Of a stretch of DNA of 64,000 nt, positions 1 to 13,359 are shown piece by piece (position 1 is the first letter of the stretch; every line of letters begins with the position of its first letter). Source of the stretch: Lama glama (taxonomy: Eukaryota); assembly GCA_028534125.1 (NCBI GenBank), contig CM052816.1, positions 29,948,001 to 30,012,000 on the forward strand, in the 5' to 3' direction. The translations under genes and the position numbers were made by a program. The notes under the pieces are model-generated. The model was not told the origin of the DNA and did not search any database. It saw nothing but the letters and a program-made list of their open reading frames with translations.

Positions 1-332
1 TGAAGCCTAAGATACCATTTTATTAAAAGAAAAATTGTACATATATAAATTTTTTTAAAAAGGATATGCTGGGAATTGGATTTTCTTGGGTTACTAGGGG
101 AAAGAAATAGCATTAAGGAGTAAAATCCTGTAATTGTAACAAAGCAATTGAAATTCAATAAGAATGTTCATTGTTTAACCAATACCTGTATTTGAAACCG
201 AAGAAGACCAGAAATATAAGAAGGTAATTTATCTAGCTCATACTCTGGAGTTCTTTCTGATATCTAGAGACCTTTTTGCCCTTATATTTTGACTTACTAG
301 TACCTTAAGACTGAAATCTTGATGAAAAAGAA

Positions 333-390
333 GATGATGATAAGTATGACATTGATGATGGTGGTGGTGGTGGTGGTAAGGATGATGCTG
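333..390. repeat. (GAT)n/(GGT)n low-complexity trinucleotide tract
   Basis: gatgatgat...gatgatggtggtggtggtggtggt seen directly; abuts the tail of a MIR. Confidence 0.8.
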
Positions 391-397
391 CTTCCTG

Positions 398-519
398 TAT
401 GCTGGGTGCTATTCTAAGCGCTTTACATATATTAACTAATTTAATCTCCCAACAATAATTTGGGGTTAGTTAAATGTCTTCGGTTATGTCCATTTTATGG
501 ATGAAGCTACTGAGGCACA
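398..519 (-). mobile_element. MIR SINE fragment
   Basis: Reverse complement of MIR core/3' motifs (ttctaagcgctttacatatattaactaatttaatc...cattttatggatgaagctactgaggcac). Confidence 0.8.
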
Positions 520-861
520 CTTCTCTTTCTTTTTCTTCCCCATTTCCATGTCTATTTTTGTCTAAGTACTTAGGAAGGATTAGAAAGAAAACCTAAAGCA
601 TGATAATCAAGTAATAAAAAGCAGCCATTTGCAAGGTCCTGATCATACTCAGAATCTCCTCACCCCTACTCATTGAGGCTCTGCTCAAGAGTGAACCTCA
701 CATCTCCATGTCCCACATTGTTAGAGTATTTGCTTATTAATGGAATGATTAATATGCCTAGTGGAGTGGCTATTATTTCTGATTATGGGAGAACAGCCAT
801 TATAATGCCACCTGAGGGTAGGGTTTATCCTTTAGTGGTTGTGTGATGTAAAGGAAAGAAG

Positions 862-1053
862 AGGTTGAAGTTGGAGAGGACTTTGAATTTGAATCTTGGC
901 TTCTTACTATTCATTTGACTTTGGACAATTTATTTACTGTTGTTCTATTCACTTGTAAAATGGGGATAATACCATCCACGTTGCAGGGTGATAGTGAAGA
1001 TTAAGTGAAATGAGAGATTTAAAGTGCCTAGGAAGATGCTTAAGAGTTAGCTG
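862..1053 (+). mobile_element. MIR SINE
   Basis: tttgaatcttggcttc...gactttggacaa...tgtaaaatggggataatacc...gtgaagattaagtga matches MIR core. Confidence 0.8.
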
Positions 1054-1317
1054 AGGTTCAAAATGTGTTACTTTTTTTTTTAATAGAACTGATAATTGGT
1101 GACTGCAGGTATTTGATAATAATCAAATCAAATGCTGATATGGACTTTATAGATGAGGCTGAAAACTTTGTTGTTTCATGTGCACTTGGATTATATATCT
1201 CCATTATAAAATGATCACAGAATGAAAAGTTGGAAAATAATTATGAGATTTAGGCAAATGAGAAAAAAATGCCTGAAAGAAAACACTGTAACTGTCTTTT
1301 AATTTCAAGGACTCATC

Positions 1318-1772
1318 TGTGTTAGACAGAATAATGACTCCCCAAATGTGTCCACATCATAATCCCTGGACTCTGTCAATATGTTATCTTACATGCTAAA
1401 AGCAACTTTGCAAATGGGATTAAGTTAAAGCCTTTCAGATGGGAAATTACCCTGGACTATCTGAGTGGTACAATCTAATCACATAGGTCCTGAAAAAATC
1501 AGAGAATCTTTCAGACTGTGGTCATAGAAAGAGATGTGATGGTAGACAGTGATCAGAGAGATGCCATATTGATGGCTCTGAAGATGGAAGAAGGAGCTAT
1601 GAGCTAAAGCATGTGGGTAATCCCTAGAAGATGGAAAAGGCAAGGAAATATATTCTCCCCTTGAGTCTCCAGAAGGGAACACAACCCTGCTGACCCTTGA
1701 TTTTAGCCCACTAAGACCCATGTTGGGCTTTTGATCTACAGAATTGTATGGTAATAATAAGTTTGCGTATGT
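1318..1772 (+). mobile_element. MaLR LTR, MLT1D-like
   Basis: TG start; cagaataatgactcccc...atccctgga...gaagatggaagaagg...gagtctccagaagggaacacaaccctgctgacccttgattttagccc are typical MLT1D motifs. Confidence 0.8.
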
Positions 1773-2421
1773 AGTAGTGGTATAGCTTCCTTTGTTCTCA
1801 AGATTCCTATTGGGAATAGTCTTAATTTCTTAGCCTTTATGGTAAGACCCTCCCTCTTAATAGAGTCCTTTTGAAGATATGCTATGTTAGCTTCCCTTTG
1901 GAGTGTCTTAAAATTGACCTCATTTTTCTCTGGCCTGCCCCCTTTTGACTCACAAATGGACCACTCACAGTCTTGTTTGCACCATAGGGTTGCCCACTTG
2001 GTCACAGTTAATTTGAAGAGATTGCTTGGCCCATTGTGGGCCAATCAGAGTCTCTCTCCCAGGAGTTTGGATTAGGTTGAGGGAGAAGTTAGTCTCAGCC
2101 TCTGCATATGGCTTGAACTGAGATGGTGGAAACTTGGGGGCTGAGTGCTGGCCACAGGCATGAAGATGGTAGAAATTAGATCTATAGGGATAGGGGCCTG
2201 AGGCTGATGGACAGAACAGAGCAGAAACGAGGGTCTGAAAGAAAGACCAAGAAGGTCACAGCCATGTTCCTACTCTGTCGGCTCTTAGTCAACACTTTTA
2301 CCTCTGCCCCAGATTCCACAAGATAACACTGTGCTATCATAAAAATGTCCTTTTAATTATTTTCCTTAACCTTGCTGAGCGTTTTGTGTTACTCGCAGAC
2401 AAAAGGGCCTTGACTGAAACA
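1773..2421 (+). mobile_element. Old MaLR LTR (MLT1K/L-like)
   Basis: gggccaatcagagtctctctcccagg motif and 3' end ttactcgcagacaaaagggccttgactgaaaca resemble old MLT1 LTRs. Confidence 0.55.
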
Positions 2422-3230
2422 CCTACTGGGGTGAAGATGAATCAAGAGGATGGGAGGGAGTTTCCATTCATGTCATTTTGGGTCTTCCTTGTGCTTTATT
2501 CCACGGAGGCCCAGAGAAAGATTCAGAGCAATGTGATTATTCTGTAGGCCAGGGAGCATCTCGTACTTTCACACTATAGCTGGAGCTCTTGGTAGGGCCT
2601 GCCTGGTGAGGGTTGAGGCCCCTGGCTATAGAAGGCTTCTTTAGGCTCTGGCCAAAGGCATCTGACTCTCACATTCAAAATTAATGTTGGCAGAGGGGTA
2701 TTTTTAAATCAGGATTTTTCGATGATGGCTGACCCAACCTTACTTGGTGCTTTTCTGTGCTACTTAATTTTGAGACTATGCCTATAGAGATTATGGGTTC
2801 TTAGAGGAGAATTTGCAGCCAGAAATGGTAGTTTTTCCAATTATCATTAATTTATAGAATTTAAAAAGCAACCATAAAAATCACGATATTCAGCTCTTTT
2901 ATTATGCAGACAAGGAAGTATGCTCAGAAGGGTTAACTGGCTTATTTTATGGTCTGGGTCTGGGTGTGCATCTATATGCAGAATTACCAAGCTCATAATT
3001 ATTTAGAGAATGAATTAAGTATCAGAGAACACAGAAATCTTTGTACTGAAATATGTCTATGAATACCAAGTAATTTTCTATAATGCATAGAAAATATTAC
3101 CTTTCTTTTTATGAATTGATGTTATTTCTATAAGCCCAAGTGTGCCCAAAGAAATACAATTTCTTTGACAGATTGGATGTTATTAATGAGGAGTCAGATA
3201 ACCTTAAAAATAAAGTATTCCATGCGTTTA

Positions 3231-3316
3231 CTCCCCTTCCTTCCTCCCTCCCTCCCTCCTCCCTTCCTTCCTTCCTTCCTTCCTTCCTTCCTTCCTTCCT
3301 TCCTTCCTTCCTTCCC
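3231..3316. repeat. (TTCC)n/(CCCT)n microsatellite
   Basis: Direct tandem repeat; explains the PSFL/RKEG ORFs at 3140-3413. Confidence 0.95.
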
Positions 3317-3319
3317 TAT

Positions 3320-3610
3320 GATTATTATTTACTGAGTAGCTACCATATAACATATTTCTAAAACCTGGAGATGCAGGAGTAAAGTAGTATGCCCTCGTGG
3401 GGGCCTCCATCACAGAGACCTTCCCTCTGTGGACCTTATGTTTGCGTTAGGGGGAACAGAAGTAAATATGTAAATAAATGTATAAGATGATTTTAGAGAA
3501 TGATGAAGCGCTATGAAGAAAATAAAAAGTAGTAACGTGACAGAGAGTAATAGGCTGGGGTGACGCAGGGCCTGAGTTCTCAGAGTGAGGAGGTAACGCT
3601 TAGCTGGTCT
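3320..3610 (-). mobile_element. L2 LINE 3' fragment
   Basis: atttactgagtagctaccat...ccctctgtggaccttatgttt...gcgctatgaagaaaataaaa: antisense L2 3' end pattern. Confidence 0.7.
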
Positions 3611-4456
3611 GGCTACTCTGTCATCCATCTGCCCTGTCTGTCTTCCTTGATTACAGAAGACGGCTTGATGACTCCTACTGAATATCAGAAAATAGAGATT
3701 AAGTCACTTTTCTGTATCGCAGAGTTCATGATTTTAAATCTAGTTTGATTTCTGTTGCTTCTGCTGCCACCTCAAAACGGTGTTGGATTGGGAACCTGTT
3801 TTCAAAGAATTCATATGCAAGTCGGAGAGAGAAAATACAAATATTATGGGATAATATTTCAAAGTACCAGTTGGTTTCTTCCCTTCTCTCACAAAATCCT
3901 TTCAACGTGCCCCCAAAGACTTCTCCTGTGTTGTGTATTGATTATCCATTGCCTACTCTCTCCCCTGGAAACCTCTGCCCACTGCAACCCACACACATAG
4001 AGGCATAAAACAAACCAGAAACAAATCCTGAAGAAACTAGACTATTTAATTAGGAAGCTGCTAGTTAGTGTAAGGCAAAGATTCTAATACACATTTTAGT
4101 GTTCATTTTCCTTGATCTGAAAGTCTAGACTATAAAACCTCAGCTGCTACTGACGCAAACACCCTCTCTCATCAGGTGCAGACATGTCTGAGGAAACTTA
4201 GTCACCAGTGCCTTACCGGTTTCATTGTTAACCCTTGAATATCACCAGTCACCAGGAGTCCTCTTTTCTCATCCAGTGTGGAGCCACAGTTGTCTGTATG
4301 AGAAGGTCTGTCCAGATCTGACCTATTCTATCTGCTAGCCCAGGGGTGTGCAAACTCCAGGGTGGGGGCGGGTGGAGAGATGATGGTGATGTGAAGGGCC
4401 AGCTTCAATTCTGACCAAGATGGGGCTAGATAGCCTCTGTTATTGGTTGTTGTGTT

Positions 4457-4912
4457 GTGTATTGGTTGTCTATTGCCACAATAATGCCTCATAACAAACC
4501 ACCCCATGTGTCAGGGGTTTAAAACAATAAGTATTTATTTAGTCTTGGGTTGGTGAGATAGGCTGGACTTGGCTGAGTTGTTCTGGTCTCAGCTAGGCTC
4601 ACTCCTATGTCTGGTGTTGGGCTTTTGGCTGATCTGAGATTGCTCCTGTTGGGATGACCGGGGCCGCTCAGCAGTTCCCATGTCTACCATCCATTAGGCC
4701 AGCCTGTGCTTATTCTCATGGCAATTGTAGAAGAGAGAGCAGTCAAGACCAATTGTGCAGGTGCTTTCTAATCAAGCATCTTTTTGGCCAAACAAGTCTC
4801 ATGACCGAGCCCAGAGTCGTGTGGAGGGAAACTGCTTGTTTGCATGGTACAGCACATGAATTCAAAGAGAGAGGAAGAAGTTGGGGCCATTAATACAATT
4901 AGTAACACCACA
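4457..4912 (-). mobile_element. MaLR LTR (MLT1G/H-like)
   Basis: tattgccacaataatgcctcataacaaaccacccc...tttaaaacaataagtatttatt...ctcagctaggctcactc...aagtctcatgaccgagcccagagtc; ends ...accaca. Confidence 0.7.
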
Positions 4913-6467
4913 TATTATACACACAATTGGAATGTTAAGGATTACCTATTTGGCCAATAGTCTGGGCATAGTTTGAAGGGTAGATTGGAGTGGAGAGAAA
5001 GTGGAGGCCGGGAGCATGGACAGGAACGTGTCCAGGGGAGCAACAGCAATGCTTGAATCTGGGGTGGCTGGGAAAATGGAAGTGGAGCGGTGGGAGATAT
5101 TGCCCAGCTACGCAATGCATGAAGGGGTGCAAGGGAGATGAATGAGGCAAGGTGAGCTCTGGAGTCAGTGATCTGGAGGGCGGCAGTGATCATAACAGGC
5201 AGGTAACCACTCCTGCCTAGTAGGTGAAGGCCTGCAGATAACTTGTGAAAGAAGAGGGAAGATTGGTGACCTGAGCAGACCAGGTATGTAGACAGAGCAG
5301 CAGAAAAGCAACATGGTTGGAGGGTTGACTGCTTGGAGCTGCAAGGCAGCTGGGAAGATAATGGCTATGAGTGCTGGAGAGGCCAGGAGCTTGGGGGGTG
5401 CTTTGAAGCTTACGGCCAGTAATTTTGATGCACCTTACTGGAGAACTGGGAGTCTTCCCAGGGTCCTGAGGAGGGTGTGCGTGTCTTACTGGATTACCCT
5501 CCAGTGCTCTCAAGACACATTATCTAAAGTGTTATGCCCAAGGAGAGCTCCAGGTAGGTGGGGGCATCCTCATGTGGCCAGCCCACGACTCCTGGCTTCC
5601 CCACAGTTGCTGGGCCCTGCTGCAGGTCTAATCAATTTCTTTGGTTTCACTTCTGTCCCCTAAACCCCCTTGCTCACATTCAGGAGCTCAACTACTTCTT
5701 TCTTTTAACCTGTCTAGTTAAATAAATAATTGTAAAATCTGATAATCAGGATGAAGCCAAGCATTCTGAATCTAAACTTACTTCTCTGTTTCCCCAGTAG
5801 AAAGGTCTTTTCAGGACACTCAAAGTGGAAAGTATTTTGAATTACTTTCTTTGGCTGGCTGTTCTTGAATTCCTCAGGATCACCGTTGATAAGATTCTGA
5901 ATGATTTCTGGACACAGTGCTAGGCTTAAAATAGTTTGAAGGCTTCTGGGGGCAACTACCTGATATGAGAAGTGATTTGCTACCCGTGTTAAGGAAGAAT
6001 CAGATGTCATGTTATACAAGGTTAATGAGCAACAACTGTTTCATGGCTTGAGCAAGGCCCACGCTGCGTACCCTAGTTTCTCCCTGCTCCAGAGAGAGCT
6101 GCAGTGTTGTAGGTAAAATAGAAGTTATTAGATATAGACATTATTTTTTCTAGGTCTTAGATCCGCCCAATCCATCTCTGTCTCCTTTGTCCTTGCGAAG
6201 CAGCTCCTGCCATTTGAAGTAAGCCAAGTCTCTGTGAAATGCCAAGTTGTTTCTGCATTGTCAAGGAGACAAGAAAATAGAACCTGGGTAGCAAAACAAA
6301 TTCTTCGTGGGAGTGGGTGTTGCTTGAATGTGGAAAATCTGAAACTGCGTCCATTCCCTGCTCCTTCCTGGAGCTGACCTCTGCTGGCATTTAGTGAGGG
6401 GCTGTCTCCAATCTAGCATTAAGCAGCCATTGTATAATCACCAGTCATGAAATAACTGTGGTCTGTG

Positions 6468-6622
6468 CGTGTAGCTCACAAAGTGTGGTCTCTGGGCCTG
6501 ATACATCAGAATCACTCATAAAAATATTTCTGGGTCTGGGTCCTGGGAATCTACATTTTTTTTTAAAGCATGCATTCCAGGTAATCTCCAAATCCCTGGT
6601 GGATAAGAATCCATGATCCTAG
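6468..6622. mobile_element. hAT-Charlie MITE (MER5A-like)
   Basis: caaagtgtggtc...catcagaatcac...gggtcctgggaatctacatttt...ccaggtaatct...aagaatccatg. Confidence 0.65.
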
Positions 6623-6781
6623 GGGGTAAGTGTACATTTATTTGTTATTATTTGTGTGCTTCAAAAGAATGTACAGCAGCAGCAACAGCAAAGTAAAAAT
6701 GTGATCCTTGCTTGAGGGGATGTCAGACTTTCTAAGCTGACTTCTGATTTAGGGCATTTTCTCACAGCCACTTATCATTCC

Positions 6782-7160
6782 AGTGTTGGTTGGATTAGTA
6801 GGGTGTGGTGAAGACAAATAGTTATTCACTGACAATGTGTGCTCTCCCCTCTATGTGACGCAGAGTTGTTCCTGGGCGGTGGCTGCCCAGCTACGGACTC
6901 CCTGGCCCACTCGGGTCCGGAAGTGGCCCGTGACTAGCTCTCCCAGTGGAAAGTTACTGCAAGCCTGTGTGTCTGTATCTTCCCCTTTGGCCTGGCTGGA
7001 GAGGATTCTAGGGCCAAGGAGGGGATGAATGGAGCCTTGGTCCCTGAATTACCACGTGCCAGGACTACCTGCTTTGGATGTTTGCCTGAGTGAAAAATGA
7101 GCTCTTACAGTGTTCACTACTGAGATTTTGAGGTCTTAACAGCTTTTGTCACCACAGGTA
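6782..7160 (+). mobile_element. Old MaLR LTR (MLT1I/J-like)
   Basis: gcccagct...cccgtgactagctctcccagtgg...ggagccttggtccctgaattaccac...ctactgagattttgagg. Confidence 0.55.
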
Positions 7161-7289
7161 ATTCATGGAGCTTGGCCTACTACTTAGGCTGTTCTGGACA
7201 AGGACCGTGTTCTTCCTCAGCTCAGATTTTAAATACATATTGTTTCTTCAACAAACGTAGGCCTCTTCTGAAAAGTAGAGAACCATTTC

Positions 7290-7515
7290 TTAGGGCAAAG
7301 AGCACCAGTCTTAGAATTAGGAAAATGGGTCCATGTCTAGTTCTGCCACTTACTGCCCATGCAATTTTAGGCAAATCACTCAATTACTCAAGCCTCAACT
7401 TCTTTCATTATTTAGCGTGTTACTTGCCTCTCAAGCTATGTGTGAAGGTCATGCATTTGCTCATGAAAACATGTTGTAAATTATAAAGTGCTGTTTCACA
7501 AATGCGAGGGATGAC
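7290..7515 (+). mobile_element. MIR/MIR3 SINE
   Basis: ctagttctgccacttactg...ttaggcaaatcactcaa...agcctcaacttc...tgtaaattataaagtgctg. Confidence 0.7.
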
Positions 7516-8814
7516 TTGGTTCTTTTTTCCACAGAACTCCATGCTATTTTCTACTTCCAGTATTTTAAGAGCTACCTCAATCTCAGTTTTTCCTTTAGAA
7601 AATGGGGACCCTAAAGCTTACTTGAATTATTGTGAGTCTAAAATGAAATGAGATATGTGATGGTGTCCAGCAGAAGACCCAACATGTTGCTGGAATTCGG
7701 AGAAATGTTACCTCCTTTCCCTGCAGCCCTGCATGCCTGGGGGAGGTGATTCAGGGAGCGTCCGTGTGGGCAGGTGATGAATGTGAGCTGAGTTTTCCTG
7801 CTGCTTGTATTCTACTCACCTCTGTCAGCAGGTGAGATGATTTGCACTGAATCACGCATCCCCTTCTTCCCCATGCTTGACTCTTTGCCACATTCTTCAC
7901 CACAGCAGGACAGATGGCCACAGAGGAGCCTCGTGCCTGTGTGTAGTGTTGCCTGCTTCTGTTTCTCCTTCTACAAAGATGGAAACTCTGGTCACAGTGA
8001 ATCTGATGGAGCACTTACTGAAGCCCCTGGCCGGCCAGACTCCGGCATTCAGACTCTGATGTTCCCAGTGCTTCCACATTTGCAGCCGTTCCACTTGAAA
8101 CTCCTTCTCTTCTTTTCCTGGTTTCATCTTCACGTGGCTTCTTTTCCTCAGGTCCTCTTTACTTGGGCTGTCCTCAAGCTCACTCACTTGATTAGAAATT
8201 CCTGACACAGAAGACTGGTCTGAAATAAATTTTTACAACGGTAATGATAATTCCCACAGTTTATTTGTATATCGTGCCACCATTTCCCACGTACTTTCAC
8301 CTGACGTATTCTGTTTGCTCACTGCTTTTCCTAGACTCACAGCAGCAAAAGCAAAAGCTTATCTTAGGTGCATTTGTTGGGCATAATACCATGAAAGGTT
8401 GCTGAGAGGATGGGGTGGAGGGTAGAGGGGACAGACAGCCAATATTTATCGATTATGCATTTTTTTGCCAAGTTAGTTTTAATGAAAGTTAACTAATATA
8501 ATTTCTCTGAGGTACCCCAAGTGCCTTGCCCAATGCTTATGGATGTTTAAAGTTTTATCAACTATCAAATTCCATAGAGGGGTTACAGGAAACTTGTCCA
8601 AAGTCAAAAACCTACTTGATGATGAAGATGAGATTTAAATTCTGGTCTCTTTGCTCCCAAAGCCCATGCACTTTTCTTGGTGTTAATGTCTCTAGAAGAT
8701 AGATCAAGGGCAACAAGAAGTTGCTGTCCAAACAGCCCCATGTCCAGTTACTTGGGGAGCAAAGACACAAACATGTGAGGAAGACAAGGGGTCCTTCCTC
8801 TCATCCTCCCCACT

Positions 8815-9445
8815 CCTGCAATATTTATTATATATTAGGTGGTACCCAGTATTCCAGGCTATGGCCTCAGTATCCCCTAGCTTGCAGCTACCAGTCTAAA
8901 GGACAAGACAGATAAACTGATTAACAGCTGGACAAGTAATTTCATGTGCAATAATGATAACTGCTAAGAAGAACGATAGAGTAGGGCAAGAGGTAAAGAG
9001 CAATGGAGCTTGTTAGATGAAGTGGTCAGGGAAGGTGACGTTGGAGTGGGTGACACCTGAGTTGGTGACATCTGAGCAGAGACCTGAATGAAGAGAAAGC
9101 TTGCAAGGGGGTGGGGTGGAGATGGGACCAGCATGTGCAAGACCCGAGGTGGGAGCTGCCTTCTTGTTTTGTGAGTTCAGAGTGCATCTAGGCTGGAGGA
9201 AGACCAGGAGGGTGGTAGAGTAGGCATGAAGCTGGAAATTTCAGGAGAGGCTTGGGGGCCTTGGTGAAGGCTTTAGATTTTGTTCTGAGTGAGGTTAGAA
9301 GCCATTAGAGAATTTTGAGCATTGAGAATTGAGAGTATCTGACTTAACATTTAAAAAGAATCATGGTAGATGTTGTGTGTCATTTAGATTTTAGTGGGCC
9401 AGGAGCCCAGTTCAGAGTCTGTTGCGTTCAGCCACACATGAGAAA
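8815..9445 (-). mobile_element. L2 LINE fragment
   Basis: gtggtcagggaagg...tgacatctgagcagagacctgaatgaagag...ctttagattttgttctgagtgagg...gccattagagaattttgagc: antisense L2 3' region. Confidence 0.8.
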
Positions 9446-11049
9446 ACCCATCATGAATGGCATCAAAAACAAATACTTCAACATTGCAGTCTTTCACTTT
9501 CTGTTCTTATCTTTGGATTTTTAAATTTCAGCTCTTTGTAATTCTCTTTCAATTGATTAAATTCTTCCTATGTTCACGGTACTGTGAAAATTGCCATTTG
9601 TATCTTTATCCCTTTCTTGAAACCTTTTCCTATGATCTAGATGTTTTTCCTCTGAACCAAATTACAGGTTGTTCCACTTATCTTAACAGAGGTAGAAAGA
9701 AATCAATTGCTTTGATTTCTTGGTAACACAAACCTAGCTGTAGATCAGAAACCAAATGAACTGGCGTGAGAGTGACAGCAGGCCAGCCTGCCGACAGGAC
9801 CCGCTCTCAGGGACAGCGAGCTCATGCAGGAAACGGTCAGGACACAGGCCTGAGCTTGTCGTCAGCTTCGGACTTGGACTCTTCCGTTTGGATACCACTC
9901 GCTGTGTTCCCACTGAAATGGGTGATTGCGATGAGACTATTATACATCAGATGCCACTAAGAGCTATTAATATGGCTGGAATAATTGAGCAACCAGACTT
10001 GTTGGAAAATGTAACTACTTTACACATCATTGTAAATTGTTTTCCAGGCCCTACTGGCGTCCCTTCAGCCATGAAAACATTCAGATGTTAAAAAAAAAAA
10101 TGCTTCCTGAGCACTTAACCATAAAAGTAAATGAAATTGCTTTCGACTACTCCACTAACACTGGAGCCATCCACACATGGAAATTATTACCTACCCTGTG
10201 TTTGTTTAAATGTCGGGTGATGTTGTTGTGCCTGCTCTGTTGTTTGTTAGTATAATGCTTACTTCTGTGTAAATGAACAGCCCAATACCCTGTAACATCA
10301 TTTTTTGGAAACATTCCACCGCTAAAGAACGAGTCTCTCCTAAATACGTTATAACTATTTTAATGTCTTCTCTCTAGTTTACAGTATTCTTGGGTTTTGA
10401 ATCTGGATTATGTTCATGTATAATGACTCTCACATTGCTCTTTGGGGCCAAATTGTGGGCATATTAGAGCATCCGAAGGCTGATCTTACCTACATCTGGG
10501 AAGGGTTTAACAGGTCAGCCACCTTTGCTCAACCTATTTCCCTGTACAAACAGCACTTTCTATCAAAATCTACCTGTTCAAATCCTTCCTGCCTAAAGAT
10601 TGAGCTGAAATCTCACCTCCTGTAAGAAGTTGCACTTGAGTCGAGGTAGCACATTTAATCCCTCTCCCTTCTCAGAGAAAAGGGACAAGAAGGGATATTT
10701 TCTTAGCAACTCCTGTGTTGGATGGTCACCTAGCTCATCTCATCTTCCCACAAGTACTCTGTGTAGTAGGTCCTGGTTTAAAACAGGGAAATGAAATGAC
10801 ATATCTACGGTCACACAGCTAGGACGTGGGAGAGTCAGGATGTAAATTCAGATCTGTCACACACTTCATTCAGATAGTCATTGAATTCAGCTAGTCAAAC
10901 ACTCCCACCATGCTGTGTGACTTCTTAGAACTTGCAAGGTGCTTAAAGCAAAATCCACATTCCTTAGCACTGCCTTGCTTGGTGTCTGTAATTGTTTCAT
11001 GCGTGGGTTTTCTGCTCCCAGCAAAGATTTAATGCCTTTGAAGGCAGTT

Positions 11050-11780
11050 ACTGGCAACACAAAGAAGATGTGGCCTCCACCTCATGGTGGTTTGGCACAG
11101 AGTTACAGACATGATAAAGATGTCTTCTAACTCACTCCAGGTAGTCTGGTGGAAGTCAGAGGGTACTGAGGTGACACAAAGGAGGTGATGGTCTCTCCTA
11201 CCTGTGGAAGTTAGGGTAGGGGTCAATGGGAGCAGAAAAAATTTTGTAGAGAGATGATACATTAGTTCTGCAGATGAGCAGGTATTTGTCAGGAACCAGG
11301 AAAACCTGGATCAGGGAAGAGGGGACTAAGAAGAGTCTCAAAAGGGAAAACATTCAGAACAACAGGAAGGCACTGGGGTAGGAAACACAGCCAGGTGTGC
11401 TGCATAATGGTCAACAGCTCAGGATGGTTGGCTCACGCATTAAGAGGGCAGGGCCTGTGGGTCATACCCAGAGAAGAGGCTGGAGGGAGGGGTGGGCAGA
11501 GGCCAGGACATAGGTTTCTTGAATACTTACTGAGTGAATTGTATTCATTGTTTCTTATGCCATTGAAAGATTTTAAGTAGAGGTGCAATGTAATGCAAAA
11601 CAAAACATTTAAGGCTGCATGTGGTAGGGGAATTCTTTGAAAGTTATTTGAATAGCAGATGGGAGGGCAGTTAGGAGACTTGTAGTTACCCAGGCAGAAG
11701 ATGCTGAGGGCCTGGATTAAGTGAGGAGCCGTGCGGGTGGAAGGTAGTCTTGGAGACACGAGCCGTCTAGTTTTCTCCTG
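11050..11780 (-). mobile_element. Degraded L2 fragment
   Basis: Purine-rich antisense L2-like motifs (gggcagaggccaggacatagg, ccattgaaagattttaagtag, gatgctgagggcctggattaag). Confidence 0.55.
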
Positions 11781-12407
11781 TGGGCTACCTAGAATGGTTC
11801 TTGTGGGCAGGTGACATCTCATATTCTGTTGGCCTATACAGCACAATCCCAAACGTGAATTCCTTATTTCTTATGTCCACGATACTAAAAGCTGCACTTG
11901 CTGTAAAAATAATGAAAAGAATTCAAGTGGAGATGACTGCAAAGCACGTGGGTCCTTTAGCATGTGAACTTCTCCAAGACGGGGAGTGAAACTCAGCCCC
12001 CTTTCTGCACTATCCCCGTGTGGGCAAAATTGCCATCATCATTAGTTGGTATTGGAAGCAGATGAACATAACTTTAGAGTTTTTAAGAAAAGCCAGGAAG
12101 AAAGCTAGCCAGGCTTTTTAAGAAAGCCAAAATAATTTTTCCAGCAGGACTCTGGCTATTTATATTCTCATATAAGTGAAACTGAATTATATTAGCAAGT
12201 GTTAAAGCAGTTTAAGTGTTTCAAGTTTTTAACTGTGTGTCCTTGAAGCCTATAATATTTGTGGTAGGTAGTTCCACTGCTGTAAACCTGTGGTAGCTGG
12301 TGTAAATTCACACTAGTAAGTTAATAACACAAGTAAGAAAGGCAAATCTCAGCTCCTAGGATGCTGGGTTAGCTATGGAACTAACAGGATCAAGAAAACT
12401 CAGGTCA

Positions 12408-12570
12408 GGGGGCAACTGGGTTGGGTGGAGGGATAAATTAGGAATTTGGGATTTGGAGATACTAAGTACTATATATAAAGTAGATAAACAGCAAGGCCCT
12501 ACTGTACAGCACAGGGAACTGTATTCGGTACCCTGTAAGAGCCTATGATGAAAAAGAATATGAAAAGGAA

Positions 12571-12619
<49 letters not shown>

Positions 12620-12698
12620 CTGAATCACTGTGCTGTATAGCAGAAGTATACCAGAAATTAACAACATTATAAACAAACTATAGTTAATTTTAAAAAAA
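12408..12698 (+). mobile_element. Short 5'-truncated L1 3' end (cetartiodactyl type)
   Basis: gggataaattaggaatttggg...aaacagcaaggccctactgtacagcacagggaact...gaatcactgtgctgtatagcagaa...A-rich tail; partial TSD aagaaaac(t/a)ca. Confidence 0.85.
12571..12618. repeat. (TATC)12 tetranucleotide microsatellite inside L1 3' UTR
   Basis: 12 perfect TATC units counted. Confidence 0.95.
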
Positions 12699-13359
12699 GA
12701 AAACACATATGCCTTCTGATTGATTTTTCCTCTGGATTAGACTAAGATGTGTGCAGGTGAAATTGTAACACTTGGTATTTTTCTTACCTATGTTCTTCAC
12801 TTATTAAACTATTCATCACACTTCTCTACCATTCCTCTATCTAGAAGTCTGCTTTAAAGGTGAACTAAAAAAATTAAATACATAGTATCTCTTACATGGG
12901 CTCTGGCAGAGTTTTTCATTCTCTCTGTGTGCTGTGACACTTTTACCTCAGGAAGCTATTTATCTTCCAGTTTCCAATTTCTAGGTTTCTTCTCAAGATC
13001 TGTGACAGCTCAGTAAGTGAATGTTTTCTTGTTTTGGGTCCTTTCTGCTTCATCTCTTGAATCTCCTTTTAAAAAAGAGTTATATATTGTTCATCTTTAT
13101 TCACCTCCAGTTGCTAATAAAATGTCTTGGCACTTAACAGGTATCATTTAGTCTGTGCTGGGTGAAAAAGGACAAATGTCTGTCCTCATACGGGGAATAA
13201 TTGTTTTGGGGTGAGACTGGGTGAAAGAAGGAGATACTAATAAACTAAATTGATAGAAATCATTGAGAAAGTAGGAAAACTCCTCGCATGACATACGATG
13301 TGTTAATTTTTGTGTATGCCAGTTGCATCAAAACATCACCTTATCAAAAACCATTTGAG

